This document shows, in pieces, positions 59,531 through 64,000 of a DNA stretch of 64,000 nt. Made by a program: the position numbers and the translations under genes. The notes under the pieces are model-generated. The model saw nothing but the letters and a program-made list of their open reading frames with translations. It searched no databases and was not told the DNA's origin. This stretch comes from Macrostomum lignano. Taxonomy: Eukaryota. Each line of letters begins with the position of its first letter. The stretch's first letter is position 1. The DNA is taken from contig NIVC01001751.1 in NCBI GenBank assembly GCA_002269645.1, positions 62,001 to 126,000 on the forward strand. The letters are read 5' to 3'.

Positions 59531-60998
59531 TATCACGCAGTTGGGGAATCGTTGAGCAGGTCATCTCCTCCTTTTCAGTGGTGGGTGACCCGCAGACCTC
59601 CATGGGAGTTTCAGCGTCCTCAGCAGTTAGGGTGGCTGTGGAGTCCTCCGCGGACGTGAGCCCAGCGTGGACGTTACCGTCGCCTCTCCTGCGTGCTTCG
59701 GTGCTGTCACTGCCCGTCCCCTCTGCCTCGTCGGTCAGGTCGATGCGGGTGGCGCCAGCCTCCTGGTGAGTCACAGACTCGAACCAGTCGGTCGGAGCCT
59801 CCCCGCTTAGAGTCTGGCCTTCTGGCTGTTGGGGTAGAGCGCGAGAAGCGCGGGCCCGCTCACGATGCGCACGAAGGTTCTTGGCCTGGTCCAGCGCGCG
59901 CTGGATCAGGCCGGACCTCCGGGTGCTCCTGGCGGGTCTGCGATTGCGATTTCCGGTTTCAGCAGCGCGAACTGCCTTACCGGGCATAGGATCGGCCGTT
60001 TGCCTCGGCTTCTTTGCCGGAGGAGCCTGGGCCCCAGTTCCGGTTTCGGAAGCTTTGGCATTCTTGGCTTCATCAGCTTTCCGCTCCTCGCAACGGAGGA
60101 TGGTCAGCTGAGTCAGACCAATATGAATTGTGGACTTAGGCGGCAAGCGCTTAGCCCAGTCATCAGAGAGCCCTAGGATCACCGTAGCCCCCTTCTCCTT
60201 GCGGGAAGTGGCGTGGTGTAGGAGCCCGTTGACCTTAAGGTCGGGGTGCAGCTTTAGCAATATTTGCCTAAGCTGATCTCCGGACTTAATGGCACTGCCG
60301 GCCGGGATCCAGACGCAAAAGCGCTGGGTCTTCTGTCGTTCGCCCTCGCTGGCGAAGACGAGCTTGCCGAGCTTCTTGGGCCAGTTCAGCTTTGGCAGAA
60401 GCTCGCGTAGATTGCGGCTGCTCTCCTCCGAGCTGCACCAGATGAAGATGCAGCCGTCGGTCTTGGCAGACTTGACCACGCTCACAGGGCGGCCCGCCAG
60501 GAGCTGGTCGATGAGCGCAGCATCGATGGTGCGCCAGGCACTGTCGAGCTCGTCGGCCGTGAGGTCCTGCTCTTCCCCGAAGACGATGACCGCCGGTTGG
60601 AGCTTGACCTTTGAGGCGTAGTTGGTGGCGGCGGTTCCCGAAGGCCCGGCCGCGCTTGTAGCAGGTATACTGGGTGGCACACCAGCGGGGGTTGTATCCT
60701 GGGGGGCAGGGGTTGCTGTGGTTCCTTTCGGCCCAACAGCAGCCTCGCCCTCCCTAGGTTCCCCTTCCGCCGGTGGCCGGCCCGCAGTACCCCGTAGTCG
60801 CCGTCGCCGCTCGTTGCGGCGTTGGTTGCGGGTGCGTCGGGCTTCAGCGGAGGGCCCGGTTGCGCGTGCGGGCATGTCACCAGCCGAGCCGGCGGCAAGC
60901 CCATCTGCCCCCGGTGGGGCGGCGCTGGTGCCAGAGTCACCGGCCGGAGTTGCCGGGGCCCCGGCTTCAGCGGGGGTTAAAGAGGCGGATGACGCCAT
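59493..60998 (-). CDS. LINE ORF1 (501 aa), DUF4780-like nucleic-acid-binding protein
   Basis: Intact ORF upstream of and slightly overlapping ORF2. It has an Arg-rich patch, NYASKV and a GCIFIWC..LNW..VWIP..GATVILGL pattern recalled from LOA-type ORF1s. No CCHC knuckle. Confidence 0.8.
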   Translation of the reverse strand: MASSASLTPAEAGAPATPAGDSGTSAAPPGADGLAAGSAGDMPARATGPSAEARRTRNQRRNERRRRLRGTAGRPPAEGEPREGEAAVGPKGTTATPAPQDTTPAGVPPSIPATSAAGPSGTAATNYASKVKLQPAVIVFGEEQDLTADELDSAWRTIDAALIDQLLAGRPVSVVKSAKTDGCIFIWCSSEESSRNLRELLPKLNWPKKLGKLVFASEGERQKTQRFCVWIPAGSAIKSGDQLRQILLKLHPDLKVNGLLHHATSRKEKGATVILGLSDDWAKRLPPKSTIHIGLTQLTILRCEERKADEAKNAKASETGTGAQAPPAKKPRQTADPMPGKAVRAAETGNRNRRPARSTRRSGLIQRALDQAKNLRAHRERARASRALPQQPEGQTLSGEAPTDWFESVTHQEAGATRIDLTDEAEGTGSDSTEARRRGDGNVHAGLTSAEDSTATLTAEDAETPMEVCGSPTTEKEEMTCSTIPQLRDNDQQPGNPLPAD

Positions 60999-63900
60999 AG
61001 CTGAAAGCGGGAAGGAGTGAGCTGAGTCACAAAAGAAAGAGGAAAGAAGAAAAAGAAAAGGACCGCTAGCGACCGGACAACCCCCCGGCCTTCCAGCCCA
61101 TCGGCACGGTCAAACACCTTAGGCATTAGGGGGTACGTTAAGCAGTACCACGGCCTGCAGGCTGGCAAGCCAGACCCGCATACCCAAATTCGGCCGAAGC
61201 CACTGGATGGGTCGCCAGCGTCGGAGCCCAGTCTGTCCAGCAGCCCTAGGGTCTGCCTTGAACACACGCGGGGACGAGTACCCTGGGTCGACTTGTGAAA
61301 CAGCGTGAGGGGGGGTCTGCGGCTGCCAGTGGCAAATAGCGGGTGCAGACCTCCCTCTCCAGCCTTGACCTGCTGAATATAGGGGCAGGCGTGAAGCATC
61401 GCAGACCGTAGCCCTTAGGCCTGGTCTGTCTCATACTTCACTGGCGTGCTGAATACACCTTCGCGTGCCATTATATGATCATTTAAATGGTGAATTTATA
61501 TGCAAATGATTGCAAGACAAAACCAAAAGAGCTTGTAGGTTTTGAATTACGATCACTGCATTAGTAGAATTGTATTGAAGGGATTGTATGATGAAAGTGA
61601 ATGGATTGCTACGTATATTAACTGATTAATATATTAACTGATCATCGTCACTCTACGGACTGTATCTTAAAACTGTATTTGTTATAAACTCGCATGCCAC
61701 GTCCCCCCTCTCACTTTTGTCATACGATCACCCCTTGGTATAACACATAGGTCCAATGAACTGGGGGGATCGTAAGACAAAAGTGAGGGGGGCCGCGCGC
61801 CCAAAAAGGTTGTAATATAGTTTGAGTAAAAAAGCACTTCTCATGTGCACCACAGGGACTCGGCTTTCTGCCCGCGGACATATATCGTAGAGGCTAGCTG
61901 CAATTGATTGTTTAGTTGAAACAACGTCTATTATAGCAACAACTTCCTACTATTTCGTCATACAATTCCTCCAATACAATTTTAACATTAATGTGATTGT
62001 AATTCGAAACTTACAAGATCTTTTGGTTTCGTCTTGCAATCATCTACATATAATTTTACCATTTAAATGATCGCATGACGAAAGTGAATATAAGCTACGT
62101 GCTTTCATAACTATGCTATGCCCACTGCACGATCCTCAAGTTGACTGAAAAGTGAGTTGCAGTGATGAATTAGGTTGACTGGAAAGTGAGTTGCAATGAT
62201 TTTGTTCTTGAAATATAAATGTGAAACATACTTTTTGATAAACTATAGTGTCTCTTCGACTCTTTTTTAATAGGGATCGTAAGACAAAACTTGACCTGCT
62301 CAGGGATCATAAAATGAAAGAATACCGGTAATTGATATGACTATTTAAATTCTACTATCAGAATTGATTGAATTACTGATTTATGGAATTGTATTATACT
62401 TAGGGCACTTGCAATTAAATCAATTGAATAAATGAAAAATTAAAATGAAAATTTATAGATTTTTTAGGAGATAAAATAATTATTCAGACAAAAAACAAAC
62501 AGCAAGAACAACAGCAGCAAAAAATGAGACAAGTAGCAAAAACAAAAAAGAAAAGTTAGACTCATCACTTATCAGTTATCAGTCATCACTATTGTCTATC
62601 AGGCATCAGCATAAGTCTATGATCTATCTATGAGTCCTATGACTATCAGTATGACTGACTATCAATTTATTTTATTTCTATCCCTATCAGTATGACAATA
62701 TCAGTATAGTATACATGACTTGATTGTAAATTCTAAATACTGTTACATTATGTACATTTAAAAAGATTTAAAAAATTGAAATCAGTAAAACAAAATTGTT
62801 TAAAAGACTGAGAACCCTAAAAAACAATGTAAAAAATTAGATGCCTAAAATTTAGCAAATTCCAATTTTTAGCAAATTTGAGCAAAATGTAGCAGCACTT
62901 TTGTAGTGTACGCTAAGTCAAAATTCAATTTAGCAATATTAGCAAATTTCAAATTTAGTGCCCGCTATGCCCATCACTAAGTATAAGATAATTGTACTTA
63001 GGAAAATAAATAAAAATGACTGCTTCTTCCACAGACTGCCAAGAAATTTCCCACAATTTGTTAAGTCTGCTATATCTTCCCACTTTTGCTTGTCCAAGAG
63101 CCTTGAAGGCCTTCAACCATGTGCGTATGCAATCCAGATTGGTCAAGTCCAAACTGTCTAGTTGCAATCCTATTGTTGTGACTTAAAAAAGAGTATTTGA
63201 ACTTCCTATTAAACTTTAATTATTTGAGGTTAGGCTTGTAACTGACAGCTGCTTAGAATTGCATTTTATTTTGTACAACAAAGAGAAGGGAGAATACTTT
63301 AGGGTGGGTGTTATTTGATATTATTGAGTATGGTCATAGATAAATGAAGTATTGCACTCACAGACCCAACTATTTTTTCTCTTGTCTCACTTAAAGCACA
63401 TGTATATATCCTCATCTTAAACACAAAATATAGAAACAGAAATATGAGACAACATGAGCATGGAAAATGTGAAGCAGACATCATCAAGTAGCCTTTTAAT
63501 TCCAATCAGAAGCCCAAATTGATAGTAGCTATCTGGATCTACACATTTCACTCTTGATACAGCCTTAGGAGAATCTTACTCAGTGTTCTTGGATCAATAA
63601 GAAGGGATGGATCTTTCTTGTGCAAAGCAGCCATGAGACACTGCTAAAAGGCTTATTTTGTTGCATATAGACACTGGGCAAGTTGCACTGGGCAATTGTT
63701 GCATATTGCCCCCTATTCTAAGGCCTTACTCAGATCTACATCGGATTCTTGATAGCTGTCAGTTTCTGAATTTGAGGAGTCTGAATTAAATGGAAAATTA
63801 TCACCTTCCTCAACTCTTTCCTTAAGTTGATTACCCAATATCCCTTCATGACAACCTGTTCTATTGGGCAAGGATGATGTCATCATTGGAATTATCTCTT

Positions 63901-64000
63901 CTTCATAATGAGAGCTGGAACTAGTATCATTGATGGCATCTAGTAGTTACCTCTCTTGTCCTCTTTACCCAAGTGGCCATCTGAAATTGGCAGAGAAAGG

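Larger units (their letters stand above)
55715..61470 (-). mobile_element. Full-length non-LTR retrotransposon of the I group (LOA/R1-like, with RNase H), 5756 bp
   Basis: 10-bp TSD TTATATGATC at 55705-55714 and 61471-61480. It comprises a 5' UTR, ORF1, ORF2 (APE-RT-RNase H-CCHC), a short 3' UTR and an AAGTC-like tail. Confidence 0.95.
55689..62094. mobile_element. ~650-bp MITE-like element (55689-55714 plus 61481-62094) split by the LINE insertion
   Basis: The rejoined left arm TATATTCACTTTCGTTATATGATCATTTAAATGG...TGATTGCAAGAC matches the rc of the right arm at 61998-62094. A second inner inverted pair lies at ~61703-61733 and 61765-61795. Confidence 0.75.

Noticed and set aside
61100-61470. 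HDV-like or hammerhead ribozyme in the LINE 5' UTR
   Set aside because: The candidate loop TCCCCGCG lacks a complementary P3 helix, and no CUGANGA/GAAA core was found by eye. An Infernal or RNArobo search would be needed.
62955-63167. Short ORF (CIRTWLKAFKALGQAK) vaguely like a Gypsy gag N-terminus
   Set aside because: It is too short and decayed, with no LTR, PBS or pol evidence in the window.

Overview
This is eukaryotic (metazoan) genomic DNA with GC-rich exons, AT-rich spacers and many tandem arrays. The style resembles the flatworm Macrostomum, which is an inference only. Host genes reconstructed exon by exon with consistent splice phases are DPAGT1 (-, 2 exons), NPHP1/nephrocystin-1 (-, 21 exons, with a 490-codon K/D/E-rich exon) and a Tectonic gene (+, 9 exons, one GC-AG intron). 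There is also an intronless NABP/SOSS-B gene (+) and a 259-aa orphan ORF (-). NPHP1 and Tectonic, both ciliary transition-zone genes, lie head-to-head with only 346 bp between their ATGs. Mobile elements include an intact hAT transposon (8-bp TSD) with an in-frame Ala/Pro repeat in its transposase, nested in the 3' UTR of a truncated LINE. There is also a full-length RNase H-containing LOA/R1-like LINE with a 10-bp TSD, a full-length mariner with one nonsense codon, and several MITE or foldback elements. tRNA-derived SINEs share a covarying 3' hairpin with the LOA-like LINE, and a non-autonomous Helitron family carries minisatellite arrays. Most long low-complexity ORFs in the track are by-products of repeats.
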